A stretch of DNA of 64,000 nt, taken from positions 2,914,774-2,978,773 of the forward strand of contig OY970122.1 of NCBI GenBank assembly GCA_963705895.1, read 5' to 3'. The translations under genes were made by a program, and so were the position numbers. The notes below the pieces were generated by a model. It saw nothing but the letters and a program-made list of their open reading frames with translations, was not told where the DNA came from and ran no database searches. Of the stretch, positions 22,340 through 32,231 are shown one piece after another. The DNA is from Candidatus Aminicenantes bacterium (GTDB taxonomy: Bacteria; Acidobacteriota; Aminicenantia; Aminicenantales; JAFGAV01). The first letter of the stretch is position 1. Every line of letters starts with the position of its first letter.

Positions 22340-23054
22340 GGACGAGACCCTCGACACCTTTTTCCACGGCCGGATTCTGGTCCGGCAAAAAAGGAAAGGG
22401 TATCGTTTTTCCGTCGATGCGCCCCTCCTGGCCGCGGCCGTTGAAACGCGGGCCGGGGACGATCTCTGCGAGCTGGGGACCGGCTGCGGCATCGTCTCTC
22501 TTCTCTTGAGCGTCAAACCCTTTCGGCGCATCACCGCTCTCGAGATCCAGGATGGGCTGGCCGACCTGGCCGAACGGAACGTCCGCCTCAACGGCCTCGA
22601 GTCCCGGATCACCATCGTTCGGGCCGACCTCAGGGAGTTCCGGCCGCCGGAGCGGTTCGACGTCGTCTTCTCGAACCCGCCCTACATCAAAAAGCGGCAA
22701 GGCTTTCTCAGCCTGTCCGCGGAAAAATCTGTTGCGAAACACGAAATAAAATGCGATATACTGGAGGTCATGCGCGCCGCCGCCGGACTCCTCAAGGAGG
22801 ATGGACGGGCCTTTTTCGTCTATCCCGAAAAGCGGAACAAGGATTTTTGTCTGGCGGCCGAGGCGGCGGGGCTGGGCGTGGCCTGGCTGCGCCGGGTCCA
22901 TCCTCGCCGGAGCGAGCCGGCCAACCTTTTCTTGGCTCGATGCGAGTTCCGGGCCTCGACGGTCGAGACCGCGCCGCCGCTCGTTCTTTTTGAGGACGGG
23001 GGAGGATACACCGATGAGGCGCGCCGAATCTTTGCCGGACAGTTCCATGCCTAA
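22311..23054 (+). CDS. Class I SAM-dependent N6-adenine methyltransferase, TrmN6/YfiC-like (NPPY motif)
   Basis: LGTGCGIVSL SAM motif and FSNPPYIKK. N-terminal F.GRI.V.Q...GYRFS.DA.LLA resembles YfiC. Start is uncertain (GTG 22308 or ATG 22311). Confidence 0.7.
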
Positions 23055-23877
23055 GATCATCGACAACCTGAGCCAACTCATCAAGTGCCGGGTCCTCATC
23101 CAAAACCTGGTCGGCCGCGAACTCAAGGCCCGGTACCGGGGGACGGTGCTGGGCTTTCTGTGGTCCTTCGTCAACCCCCTTCTCCTCATGACGGTCTACA
23201 CGGTCGTCTTCGGGTTCATCATCAAGCCGCGCGACCCGGCCTTCAACAACAACCCGATCATCTACGCCCTGTACCTTTTCTGCGGCGTCCTGCCCTGGAC
23301 CTGGTTCGCTTCGTCGTCGATCGAGTCGGCCAACATCCTCATGATCCAGGGCAACCTGATCAAGAAGGTCCTTTTCCCGGCCGAGGTCCTGCCCACGGTC
23401 GTCGTCACCTCGAACTTCATCAACTTCCTTTACGGCCTGCCCATCCTCCTCGCGGCCAAGGTCATCATCGCCCTGGCCGTGCCGGGGGCGCCGGGGTTCT
23501 CTCCCGCCATCCTCCAGCTTCCCCTGATCATTCTCGTCCAGTTCATCTTCTCCCTGGGGTTCGGATTCCTGCTCGCGGCGCTGACGGTCCACTTCCGGGA
23601 CATCAAGGACATCCTGAGCAACCTGCTGACCTTCTGGTTCTTCGCCACTCCGATCGTCTACACCCTGCGGCTGGTCAAGGACGCGCCCGTGATCCGGACG
23701 CTTCTCAACCTCAATCCCATGACCCATGTCATCAGCGGCTACCACTCCTGCCTCTTCTACGGAGAGCTCATCCACTGGAAGCGGCTGGGCATCACCCTCG
23801 TCGCGGCGGTCCTCCTCCTGGCGGCCGGGATGTACGTCTTCGACAAATTGCGCGACTCCTTCCCGGAGGAAGTCTGA
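23047..23877 (+). CDS. wzm: ABC-2 type polysaccharide/O-antigen export permease (Wzm)
   Basis: Six TM segments, RYRGTVLGFLW ABC-2 signature. 8-bp overlap with the upstream methyltransferase. Confidence 0.85.
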   Translation: MPKIIDNLSQLIKCRVLIQNLVGRELKARYRGTVLGFLWSFVNPLLLMTVYTVVFGFIIKPRDPAFNNNPIIYALYLFCGVLPWTWFASSSIESANILMIQGNLIKKVLFPAEVLPTVVVTSNFINFLYGLPILLAAKVIIALAVPGAPGFSPAILQLPLIILVQFIFSLGFGFLLAALTVHFRDIKDILSNLLTFWFFATPIVYTLRLVKDAPVIRTLLNLNPMTHVISGYHSCLFYGELIHWKRLGITLVAAVLLLAAGMYVFDKLRDSFPEEV

Positions 23878-23879
23878 CC

Positions 23880-25166
23880 ATGGCTCCCTCTTACGCGATC
23901 GACGTCGACCACGTCACCCGGGTCTATCAGAAGTACTCGGCCAAGCACCGCTTCCAGACTTTCAAGAGCGCCCTGGTCAAGGGCGACCTGTTCCGGTCGA
24001 TCCGCCCCGAGGAGCTGGTCACGGCCTTGGACAACGTCAGCCTCCGGGTCGAGAAGGGCAAGACCTTCGGCCTCATCGGCGAGAACGGATCGGGCAAGAG
24101 CACCCTCCTCAAGGTCGTGTCGGGCATCTCCAAACCCAGCTCGGGCGCGGTTAAGGTCCAGGGCAAGGTCTCGGCCCTGATCGAGCTTGGGGCGGGCTTT
24201 CACCCCGAGATCTCCGGCCGGGAAAACGTCTTCATCAACGGCATCATGCTCGGGTTATCCAAGAAGGAGATCAGCGATAAGTTCGACGAGATCGTCCGTT
24301 TCGCCGAGCTCGAGGACTTCATCGACGCGCCGGTCAAGACCTATTCCTCGGGCATGTACATGCGGCTGGGTTTCTCGGTGGCCATCAACGTCAACCCCGA
24401 CGTCCTGCTCATCGACGAGGTCCTGGCCGTGGGCGACGCCTCGTTCGTTCCCAAGTGCCTGGACCGGATCGACGACTTCCGGCGCCGGAAGAAGACGATC
24501 CTCTTCGTCAGTCACGACCTGGCCACGGTGGAAAAGATCTGCGACCGCGTGGTCTGGCTCAAGAACGGCCGGATCCAGGCTCTGGGCGAAGCCAAGCGGG
24601 TCATCGACCTCTACCTCCAGGATATCGCCGCCAAGAAAGAGGGTGAGTTCCGCAAGCGCCAGGAGGACGTGGACATCGATAATATCCCGGTCGGCGAAGG
24701 CCGCCGCGAGGCCCGCTGGGGCAAGCGCGAGGTCGAGATCACCCGGGTGGTGCTCAAGGACACGGCCGGCCGGCCGAAGCATGTCTTTTCGCCCGAGGAG
24801 GGAATGCTCATCGAGATGGAGGTCAAGGCCCCTAAGCCGCAGAAGGATTTCGTCTTCGGCATCGGCGTCTTCAACTCCCAGGGCACCTCCTGCTACGGAA
24901 CGAACACCCACCTCGAGGAATTCCGGCCGGTCCGGGTGGAGGGCGCGGGCAAGGTGGTCTGCCGGATCAAGAAGCTGAACCTGATCAACGGGACGTATTA
25001 TCTGGACATCGCCGTGCACAAGGTGGACGGGACACCCTACGACTATCTCCGGAACCTGTATTCCTTCCTGGTGGCCTCTCTGCACAAGGACGTGGGCATC
25101 GCCCGGCTGGACCATGCCTGGAAGTTCTCGTCCAGGATCGGGATCAAGCCCCCCAGGAAACGTTGA
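23880..25166 (+). CDS. wzt: O-polysaccharide ABC transporter ATP-binding protein (Wzt) with C-terminal carbohydrate-binding domain
   Basis: Walker [10 protein letters not shown], signature [11 protein letters not shown], Walker [12 protein letters not shown], plus an approx. 170-aa C-terminal beta-rich extension. Sits in the frame of the long ORF 23085..25166, with the real ATG at 23880. Confidence 0.9.
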   Translation: MAPSYAIDVDHVTRVYQKYSAKHRFQTFKSALVKGDLFRSIRPEELVTALDNVSLRVEKGKTFGLIGENGSGKSTLLKVVSGISKPSSGAVKVQGKVSALIELGAGFHPEISGRENVFINGIMLGLSKKEISDKFDEIVRFAELEDFIDAPVKTYSSGMYMRLGFSVAINVNPDVLLIDEVLAVGDASFVPKCLDRIDDFRRRKKTILFVSHDLATVEKICDRVVWLKNGRIQALGEAKRVIDLYLQDIAAKKEGEFRKRQEDVDIDNIPVGEGRREARWGKREVEITRVVLKDTAGRPKHVFSPEEGMLIEMEVKAPKPQKDFVFGIGVFNSQGTSCYGTNTHLEEFRPVRVEGAGKVVCRIKKLNLINGTYYLDIAVHKVDGTPYDYLRNLYSFLVASLHKDVGIARLDHAWKFSSRIGIKPPRKR

Positions 25167-25696
25167 TCGAAAGTATCATGGCCCGCTCGAGGGAAGACGT
25201 GGCAAAGAAGAAGATCGGAAACAGGAAGATTTATTCCCTGGCCCGACTTCTCAAGGTCCGCCGCACGCTGAGGGCCCAAGGAAAAAAGGTCGTCTTCACC
25301 AACGGCTGTTTCGACCTTCTTCACGCCGGCCACATCAGGCTCTTTCGCGAGGCCAAGGCGCGGGGCGACGTCCTCATCGTGGCCCTGAACGAGGACGCTT
25401 CGATCCGAAGGCTCAAAGGTCCGGCGCGTCCCATTTTTCCGCTGGCCGAGCGGCTTGAGGTCTTGTCGGCCATCGGCGATGTCGATTATGTGACATGGTT
25501 CGGCGAGGATACCCCCCAAAAGATCATCGCCGCTCTCCTGCCAGATGTCCTGGTCAAGGGAGGGGACTGGACGCCGGAAACGGTCGTCGGCCGGTCCGAG
25601 GTCGAAGCCGCCGGGGGCAAGGTCATCATCATCCCCACGCTCAAGGGAAGCTCGACGACCGGCATCATCGACAGGATGCGGAAGGTTTGTTTGTAA
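25163..25696 (+). CDS. hldC: D-glycero-beta-D-manno-heptose-1-phosphate adenylyltransferase (stand-alone HldE domain II / RfaE2)
   Basis: [16 protein letters not shown]...[16 protein letters not shown]...[22 protein letters not shown] aligns closely with E. coli HldE domain II. Confidence 0.9.
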   Translation: MIESIMARSREDVAKKKIGNRKIYSLARLLKVRRTLRAQGKKVVFTNGCFDLLHAGHIRLFREAKARGDVLIVALNEDASIRRLKGPARPIFPLAERLEVLSAIGDVDYVTWFGEDTPQKIIAALLPDVLVKGGDWTPETVVGRSEVEAAGGKVIIIPTLKGSSTTGIIDRMRKVCL

Positions 25697-26379
25697 CCAG
25701 TAGGTCGAGGGTTCAAATACCAAACCAGCGGGGAGGCGACGAACCGGGCGCAAACCCTCCTGAAAAATGCGGTCGACGCGGTCCGCTCTCAAATCCCCCC
25801 CGGGTTTGAACTTGGACGATGAGGGCGACGGCTAGGTGGACAACGTTTGCTTCATAGGGGAAGGCGCCTGGGACAATTGGAGCGACCTGCTTTGGCCGCA
25901 CATGTGGGTTCTTTATACAAAAGCAGCCTACATCAATGGCAAAAAGGTTTGTCTTGTGAATGCCGCCATCGGCCCGCAATTCGACTCGATGGCGCCGGCC
26001 GCACCAGGGGATTTTGCCGGTCTTGCTAGCCCAAGGGGCTTGAGGAATCGGGCGAGTGGCTGCGGGAGGCGAATGGGGGCGGGGCAGACGGAGCGGGTAT
26101 CTTCCCCCCATATCGACGACTCACGGTTGACGGAGGTCTTCGCCCGGGAGGTCCTGGCGATGCTTGTCCGCCGCACATCCGACCGACCACCCTCCCTCAC
26201 CGAGCCTGAACCGGCATATTAAAGTCATTTTGCGGCGGCCGCAAGGATTAGACAAGATCCTGAACCGCCATCCCCGGACCCAGCCCGGGGACCAAAAAAA
26301 CTGCAAGAATCTGAATCACTCAGGCAGTACGGTTCTTTGAGACGAAGTCAAAAGCCGACGGCTCGGAGCTCCCGGTCGG

Positions 26380-27276
26380 TCACCGATTCGGGCGGAGGCG
26401 CCAGGCCTTGAACAGGATGTTGACCACTTTCCACTGATCGTCAAAAAAAGCCAGCTGAAAATAACTGGTGCTTGAAGGCGCATCCCCCGCCACAAAGGCC
26501 AGACCGTCCATCACGTCGAGCACACGAACCTCGTACTTGCGTTGATCGTCGGGAGGAAGACCTTGTTTGTCCTGGGTCATTTCAGCCAGCTGGCCCGGCC
26601 CTGTCCTTAAGATAATGGTCTTGCCCGTCTGTGGAATGCGGAAAACCTGGGCCGGCCTGACCTCCGGATGAACGGCTTTCTCCAGACGAGCGACGTCCCC
26701 GCCAAACCGGCCTTCGTAATAATCACGGGCTGTGGCCTTGATCACATCCCGTTCCTTTTCGAGGTCGAATTCGGGCGGCGCCATGCGGTTCATCGAGTCC
26801 GGGCCGTAGGTCCAAAGCACATTGACGATCTTCCACTGCCCATCGAAGTTGACCATGTTCAGATAATCATCGAACAAGGCCGAAGTCAGCTTGACGCAGG
26901 CCATGTCGTCCTTGACTTCAAGGACAGTGACCTTGAGCTTACGCTCACTCTCGTCGGGACGACCGATCTCGATTCGGCAATTCTCAACCATCTCCGAGAA
27001 GGATGAATAGTTGAGGACGATTTTGCCGGTCCTGATGAACAGGAACGGAGCGACCTTATTCAGGTCGGGGTGAAGAGACCGTTCCATGCGGGCTGCGTCC
27101 CCCGTGTAGAATCCTTCGCCGTAATCGAGAGCGGTCTTGATGATCCCCTGCTTATCCGTATTAGGAGCCGGGGCAGAGGTCGGGGCCGTTTGAGCTAAAA
27201 GCAGCACGGCCGCAGGGAGCACGGCCATGAAGATCGTGGTCAGCTTGCGCACCATTTCTTTCTCCTTTCTTCCCAT
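26380..27276 (-). CDS. Secreted protein with two tandem NTF2-like (putative lumazine-binding-like) domains
   Basis: Signal peptide, then an internally duplicated module of about 130 aa (DYGEGFYTGDAARMERSLHPDL...W / DYYEGRFGGDVARLEKAVHPEV...W). Confidence 0.6.
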   Translation of the reverse strand: MGRKEKEMVRKLTTIFMAVLPAAVLLLAQTAPTSAPAPNTDKQGIIKTALDYGEGFYTGDAARMERSLHPDLNKVAPFLFIRTGKIVLNYSSFSEMVENCRIEIGRPDESERKLKVTVLEVKDDMACVKLTSALFDDYLNMVNFDGQWKIVNVLWTYGPDSMNRMAPPEFDLEKERDVIKATARDYYEGRFGGDVARLEKAVHPEVRPAQVFRIPQTGKTIILRTGPGQLAEMTQDKQGLPPDDQRKYEVRVLDVMDGLAFVAGDAPSSTSYFQLAFFDDQWKVVNILFKAWRLRPNR

Positions 27277-27488
27277 AATATACCTTAGAACCAGGCCGAT
27301 GCTTATAACAGTTTTTTTGTGGGGAGTTGTGGCGTATTTTTTATGGTGGAATGCCTGTTTTGAAAAACCGTATGGCCTTAATCTGTCAGGGAATAATTGT
27401 CAAGACAACAATGACATGATGGCAAGAAAACAGCCGGTCGACCCATCCCATAGATTGTTTATATGAATGCGGGGAGAATTTATATCCG

Positions 27489-27857
27489 TCAACGCCCAAA
27501 AAGCATGAGATGATATGTTCCGACCTCGAAGAAGAGGCTAAATTTGCAGGATAGAGAAAACCTCTCCGCCTGAAAGCAATTGCCCCTATCCGAAGGGGAA
27601 GGCCCGACCGAAAATCTCTTGAAACTTGCCTCGGCGTATTGGTGGGTTATTATGACCGCTTTTAAATAAGCCCCCTCGTCGCCATAAAACGTGACATGCC
27701 AAACATCATTCGGATTTATTCTTGTGTCCGAGGGAATCCAGGAATATTTCGTCCAGGATGTGTTGAAGACTGTAGGAAAAGCGATTGTCTGATTTTTAGA
27801 GATGATGGGCTTGCGGCACCCGTCCTCGGGGACAGGACGACAGCGTATTGTTATCAA
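27489..27857 (-). pseudogene. Degenerate partial paralog of the C-terminal half of the 27920..28516 gene (tandem partial duplication)
   Basis: Motif WIPSDTRINPNDVWHVTFYGDEGAYLKAVIIT matches TTPSDTTIYPKDTWYLTACLYTGAKFYGAVVT. The 3' flanking DNA is also duplicated (27588-27657 versus 27875-27940). TTG start. Confidence 0.35.
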
Positions 27858-27919
27858 AATGCAGACCCCCCATTCAGAAGGGGAGGTCCGCCCCGAAAGC
27901 TTTTAGAACCTGCGCCGAT

Positions 27920-28516
27920 TTACTTGTAAGTGACTACGGCTCCATAAAACTTTGCTCCCGTATAGAGGCAGGCCGTGAGATACCAAGTATCCTTCGGATA
28001 GATGGTCGTGTCTGAAGGAGTCGTGATGTAATCCATTATGAGGGAACCATAGTTGCTTGACCAAAAGTCTACTATCTTGTAACTATAATCAACAGGGAAA
28101 TACTTATCGAACATTCTGCACCACGCTGAAGATCCCATGAAGTCCGTTATGATCCATTCCACTTTAACGATAGTCTTTGCACCTTTCGGGAAAATGACGG
28201 GGGCACAAAGGCAGGGAAAATAGGCATCACTGCCGGTAATACCGCCATATACGAAAAAATTGAAAAAGCCGGTAGCGCCGCCATCCCACGTAAACGCGGC
28301 CGCGGGGATATTAATCGTTTTTTGTATCCCTTTTGCCGGCGACCGCGCCATATCTGCGGAGGCCAATTGCGCGACGACCGTGCCTACGGCAACTTGGTTG
28401 CTCTTGTCCGAATTTAGCGTCCGCTCGGCGGCAAGGGCCGCCTGCGGCAGAAAATAACCCGCCACGACCACGACCGCAATCGTCGCCAAAACGATTGCCC
28501 ATCCTCTTTTGTTCAT
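27920..28516 (-). CDS. Secreted hypothetical protein (lower-GC islet)
   Basis: ATG at 28516 preceded by AAGGAGAGG. Signal MNKRGWAIVLATIAVVVVAGYFLPQAALA. Aromatic-rich beta-type sequence. Confidence 0.6.
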   Translation of the reverse strand: MNKRGWAIVLATIAVVVVAGYFLPQAALAAERTLNSDKSNQVAVGTVVAQLASADMARSPAKGIQKTINIPAAAFTWDGGATGFFNFFVYGGITGSDAYFPCLCAPVIFPKGAKTIVKVEWIITDFMGSSAWCRMFDKYFPVDYSYKIVDFWSSNYGSLIMDYITTPSDTTIYPKDTWYLTACLYTGAKFYGAVVTYK

Positions 28517-28650
28517 GGTATCCTCTCCTTTCTCCTTTGGCGGCCATAAAAACGTCCACACCTCATTCGAGATTTAGATATTTTTATTATGACCCCCCTT
28601 CCCATAACATAAAAAGCTTTTGTTGTTTTGTCAAGCGAATAAATCATGTT

Positions 28651-29288
28651 ATGCCCCATCTCATTTGTTATCTCCGAGGCGGGGATCCAGCAACTCATAA
28701 CCGCGCCGGCGCCTCGATTGCGGCCAACCCTCTTGCCGGCCTTCGGGACAGGGCTTCCGGGGGCGATATCCTTGGGCTCAAGTGGACTGACGTTGACCTG
28801 GACCACGGCATCATAACCCTATTCATGCAAAAGACCGGCGATTCAATTGAGATCCCCACGCTCCCGATGGTCAGCGAATTGCTATCGCACATGAAGCGAG
28901 TTGCCGGCAAGTCCGCCTATATTTTTACGAACCCCAAAACGGGAGAGAAAGGCTAGGCAGCATTAAAACGGCGTTCAGGCGGGCGCTGGAACGCTCCAAG
29001 CTGGATGACAAAGGCTATCGCTTCCAGGACATTCGGCGGACGCTTGCTACCATGCTTCACAATCGGGGCGTCAGCCTGATTAAGATTCAGCGACTGCTTA
29101 GCCATAAATCGGTCCTGACCACGGAACGATATCTTGGGGTCAAATTTGAGGAAACCCGGCAAGCGGTCATGCTGCTTGCTTCCGTGCTAGGGCCGGCCGA
29201 GTGCACAGTAAGTGCACAGTTAGCCCCCGCTCCGCCTTCAAACCCTTTATTATCAGAGGCATCACAAGCCAGAGAAAACCCTTCGTAA
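28651..29288 (+). pseudogene. Tyrosine recombinase/phage integrase remnant: 5'-truncated catalytic domain with an internal +/-1 frameshift near 28940-28956
   Basis: Frame 1 reads ...LAGLRDRASGGDILGLKWTDVDLDHGIITLFMQKTGDSIEIPTLP...SAYIFTNPKTGEKG*. Frame 0 continues ...LGSIKTAFRRALERSKLDDKGYRFQDIRRTLATMLHNRGVSLIKIQRLLSHKSVLTTERYLGV (box II with R and Y). No integrase N-terminal domain lies upstream. Confidence 0.6.
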
Positions 29289-29397
29289 GCACCGAACTCG
29301 TGTCCCTCTTTGTTGGGGGCATCCATAGAGTTGCACATATGTTTTGGGGCATAATCGCCTCTCCTCAGCCTCTATGTCGGAAGGGAGAACGCATGGG

Positions 29398-30040
29398 TCA
29401 GAAAGCCGTCTTGATCTTTCTCCTGCCCAAATAGAGGAGGCCGCCGAGAAGGAGGCCGATGACTCCCACCGTAATCGATCGCCAGGGGATGAAAACCAGA
29501 AGCGCCAGACATATTGCCAGGCCCGCGGCGGGCACCGCCTTGGGATGGGGGACTGCCTTCAGGCCAAGCCGAAGCGCCGAACCGTTGGCAAGTGCATAAC
29601 AGATAAGGGGAGCAAAAGCACTGATTGCCACTACTCCCAAGAGCGGCATGAGCACCGCTGCCACGGCAATCAATCCCCCCCTGAATAACACGACAAGCGT
29701 CGGTGTGTCGTGCTTGGGATGAACCGTAGCCAGGACATGCGGCAGCTCCCTGGGTTGGGCCATGGCGAAGGACATACGTGACACGCCGAGGATGGAGGTC
29801 AGAAGCACGCTGGCCGTAGCCACAAGGCCGCCCGAGGAGACGATATAAACAAGAATGACGATGTTGGCGGCGATGAGGATCGACAGGACCAGGGCTGGCC
29901 CGGCCAAGCCGGCCACGATCCCGGTGACGACATAGATTCCGCCCGCGATGATCGCCCCCAGCCCGATGGCCGTTGCATCGAGCGGGTTCAGGGCCGGCTT
30001 GAATATTCGTCTTGCAGCCTTATCCCCGCCGCGGGCCGAA
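29398..30040 (-). pseudogene. APC-family amino-acid permease remnant with internal deletion (TM1-2 fused to TM10-12)
   Basis: In-frame upstream of the GTG at 29916 is ...KPALNPLDATAIGLGAIIAGGIYVVTGIVAGLAGPALVLSIL (an APC N-terminus). Joined directly to ...SRMSFAMAQPRELPHVLATVHPKHDTPTL...LYLGRRKIK (an APC C-terminus). Too short for a 12-TM permease. Confidence 0.5.
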
Positions 30041-30180
30041 GGTCGTTTGTTTTCACGTCGGTCCTTAGGAAGCGAGGAATGATGACTTCCTCCATCCCCT
30101 GCGCTATTGCATCACGAGGAAAGGGCGGCCAAAGCTGTTCGAAAGTCCTTCGAGTCTTGTTTCCCGGATTCTAAAAAAGT

Positions 30181-30879
30181 ATGATGATTGATTATAAGGT
30201 CATGATCCGTTTAGTGAACGTCTCGAGGCAATACGGCTGGGGAGAGCAAGCCACCCACGCCCTGCGGGAGGTGAGCATCGAGGTCCCTGACGGGGCCTTC
30301 GTCAAGGTCGTGGGCACTTCCGGCTCGGGCAAGACGACGCTGCTCAATATCATCGGCGGCCTGGACACCGAGTATTCCGGGACGGCTGAGGTGGCCGGCC
30401 TGAACCTCAGAGATAGGACTGACAGGGAGCTCAGCCGTTTCCGCAACCGGACGGTCGGTTTTGTCTTTCAGCATTTTCATCTGCTCGACCACCTGGATGC
30501 CCTCCAGAACGTCGGCCTGGCTGCGTTCTTTTCCGATGCGGACGTCCGCCGGATCGCGGAGCGCGCCGAGGAAGCCCTGGTCCGGGTGGGATTGGGTGAT
30601 AAGCTTCATCAACGGCCGGGGCAGCTGTCCGGGGGCCAGAAGCAGAGGGTGGCCATCGCCCGGGCCCTCTTCAACCGGCCGCGCCTGATCCTGGCCGACG
30701 AGCCCACGGGCAACCTGGACACGCGGACCGGGGCGCAGGTCATCGACCTTTTCCAATCCCTCAACCGCGAAGACGGGCTGACCATCGTGGCCGTGACTCA
30801 CGAGGACCAGCTTTTCCGTCTGGCCCAGCGGGCCGTCCGTCTCGAGGACGGCCGGATCGTGGAGGACAGCGTCCGATGA
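30181..30879 (+). CDS. ABC transporter ATP-binding protein (MacB/LolD/FtsE-type)
   Basis: [36 protein letters not shown]. Confidence 0.9.
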   Translation: MMIDYKVMIRLVNVSRQYGWGEQATHALREVSIEVPDGAFVKVVGTSGSGKTTLLNIIGGLDTEYSGTAEVAGLNLRDRTDRELSRFRNRTVGFVFQHFHLLDHLDALQNVGLAAFFSDADVRRIAERAEEALVRVGLGDKLHQRPGQLSGGQKQRVAIARALFNRPRLILADEPTGNLDTRTGAQVIDLFQSLNREDGLTIVAVTHEDQLFRLAQRAVRLEDGRIVEDSVR

Positions 30880-32231
30880 AGCCCCGCAGCCTGCGCCGGC
30901 TCATTCTCCAGAACATCGGACGGAACCGGGCCAATTTCGTTTTTTCCGGGATCGGGATCGTGGCCGGTATCTCGAGTTTCATCTTTTTTATCGCCCTGGG
31001 CGGAGGGATCAAGCGAGTCGTTTCCCGGGAGATCTTTCCCGTGGAGGCCGGACGCATTCAGGTCGTGCCCGCGGCGGCGCAGTTCGAATCCTGGATGCGC
31101 GGACGGAAGATTGACGACGACACCCTGGACCGGCTGGCTGGAATTCCCGGGGTGACCGCGGTCTACCCCCGGATGAAGCTGACCGTGCCGGCGACGATGA
31201 CCCTCCTCGGCATCCGGATTCCGAGTGAGGATTTGATTCGCCTGACCAGGATGCCGGGCGTTACGCCGGACATGGTTTTGGCGGTCAAGAAACTCCAGGT
31301 CTGGATGGAGATCATGGCCGACGGCATCGACCCCCGCCTGGTGAAGGGCGACGCCGTATTCGGCCCATTCGCCGATCAACCGCCCGGCCAGCCGATTCCC
31401 GTTCTGCTCTCCAAGAGGCTCGTCGAAATCTACAACTCGAGCTTCGCCAAGTCACGTTCCCTGCCGCCGATCAGCGAAATCCTCATCCCCTACATCCCCC
31501 GCTTGCCCTTGACGCTGAACGATTCCTACATCACCCGGGACATGACCGGCCCCAAGGTCGAGTCTGCGGTCAAGATCGTCGGCACGAGCGCCTATGCTCT
31601 TCTCGGGGGGGTGACCATGCCGCTCGACACGGTCCGGCGCCTGAACCGGCAATTTGCCGGGGAAGCCGCGGCCCATGCTTACGATATGGCCGTGCTCGAG
31701 GTGCCCGCCTCGGACAAGCTGACTCCTGTCCAGGAGGCGGTGCGCGGACTGGGCCTCGACATCGACATGAGCCAGAAGCGCATGGCCGAGAGCGTGGCTT
31801 TCGCCGTGACGCTGGTGACGCTTGGCTTCAGCCTCCTCAGCCTGGCCATGGTGGCCGTGGCCGCGGTCAACATCGCCCACACATTCTTCATGATCATCTA
31901 TGAACGAAAACGCGAGATCGGGCTGATGAGGGCCCTGGGGGCGTCGCGGCGCGACATCCGCTCCCTGATCCTAGGGGAGGCGGGGCTGGTGGGTGCCGCC
32001 GGGGGGCTGGCGGGCCTCATCCTGGGCGTGGTGTTGTGCCTGGGGGTAAACGTCCTGGCCGTCCGCCTGCTTCCTGACTTTCCGTTCAAGCCCCGGAAGT
32101 TTTTCAGCTATCCGGCCTGGCTCTTCGCGAGCGGGCTCGTCCTGGCCGTCTGCTTTTGCCTGGCCGGCGCGTTTTCCCCGGCCCGCCGCGCCGCCAGGAT
32201 GGACCCGGCCGGTACGCTGTCGGGCCGCTGA
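30876..32231 (+). CDS. ABC transporter permease, FtsX/MacB-like (4 TM with a large periplasmic loop)
   Basis: N-terminal TM, an approx. 250-aa periplasmic domain, C-terminal three-TM FtsX domain. ATGA overlap with the ATPase gene. Confidence 0.9.
   Translation: MKPRSLRRLILQNIGRNRANFVFSGIGIVAGISSFIFFIALGGGIKRVVSREIFPVEAGRIQVVPAAAQFESWMRGRKIDDDTLDRLAGIPGVTAVYPRMKLTVPATMTLLGIRIPSEDLIRLTRMPGVTPDMVLAVKKLQVWMEIMADGIDPRLVKGDAVFGPFADQPPGQPIPVLLSKRLVEIYNSSFAKSRSLPPISEILIPYIPRLPLTLNDSYITRDMTGPKVESAVKIVGTSAYALLGGVTMPLDTVRRLNRQFAGEAAAHAYDMAVLEVPASDKLTPVQEAVRGLGLDIDMSQKRMAESVAFAVTLVTLGFSLLSLAMVAVAAVNIAHTFFMIIYERKREIGLMRALGASRRDIRSLILGEAGLVGAAGGLAGLILGVVLCLGVNVLAVRLLPDFPFKPRKFFSYPAWLFASGLVLAVCFCLAGAFSPARRAARMDPAGTLSGR

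Noticed and set aside
23085-23879. 5' 265 codons of the 693-aa ORF 23085..25166
   Set aside because: This portion overlaps wzm out of frame (P/R/G-rich) and reaches wzt only through absence of stops. The real wzt ATG is at 23880, directly after the wzm stop.
28333-28650. N-terminal 106 codons of ORF 28333..28956
   Set aside because: P/R-rich, overlaps the real minus-strand secreted-protein gene, and does not resemble an integrase N-terminal domain. The integrase-like part begins around 28651.
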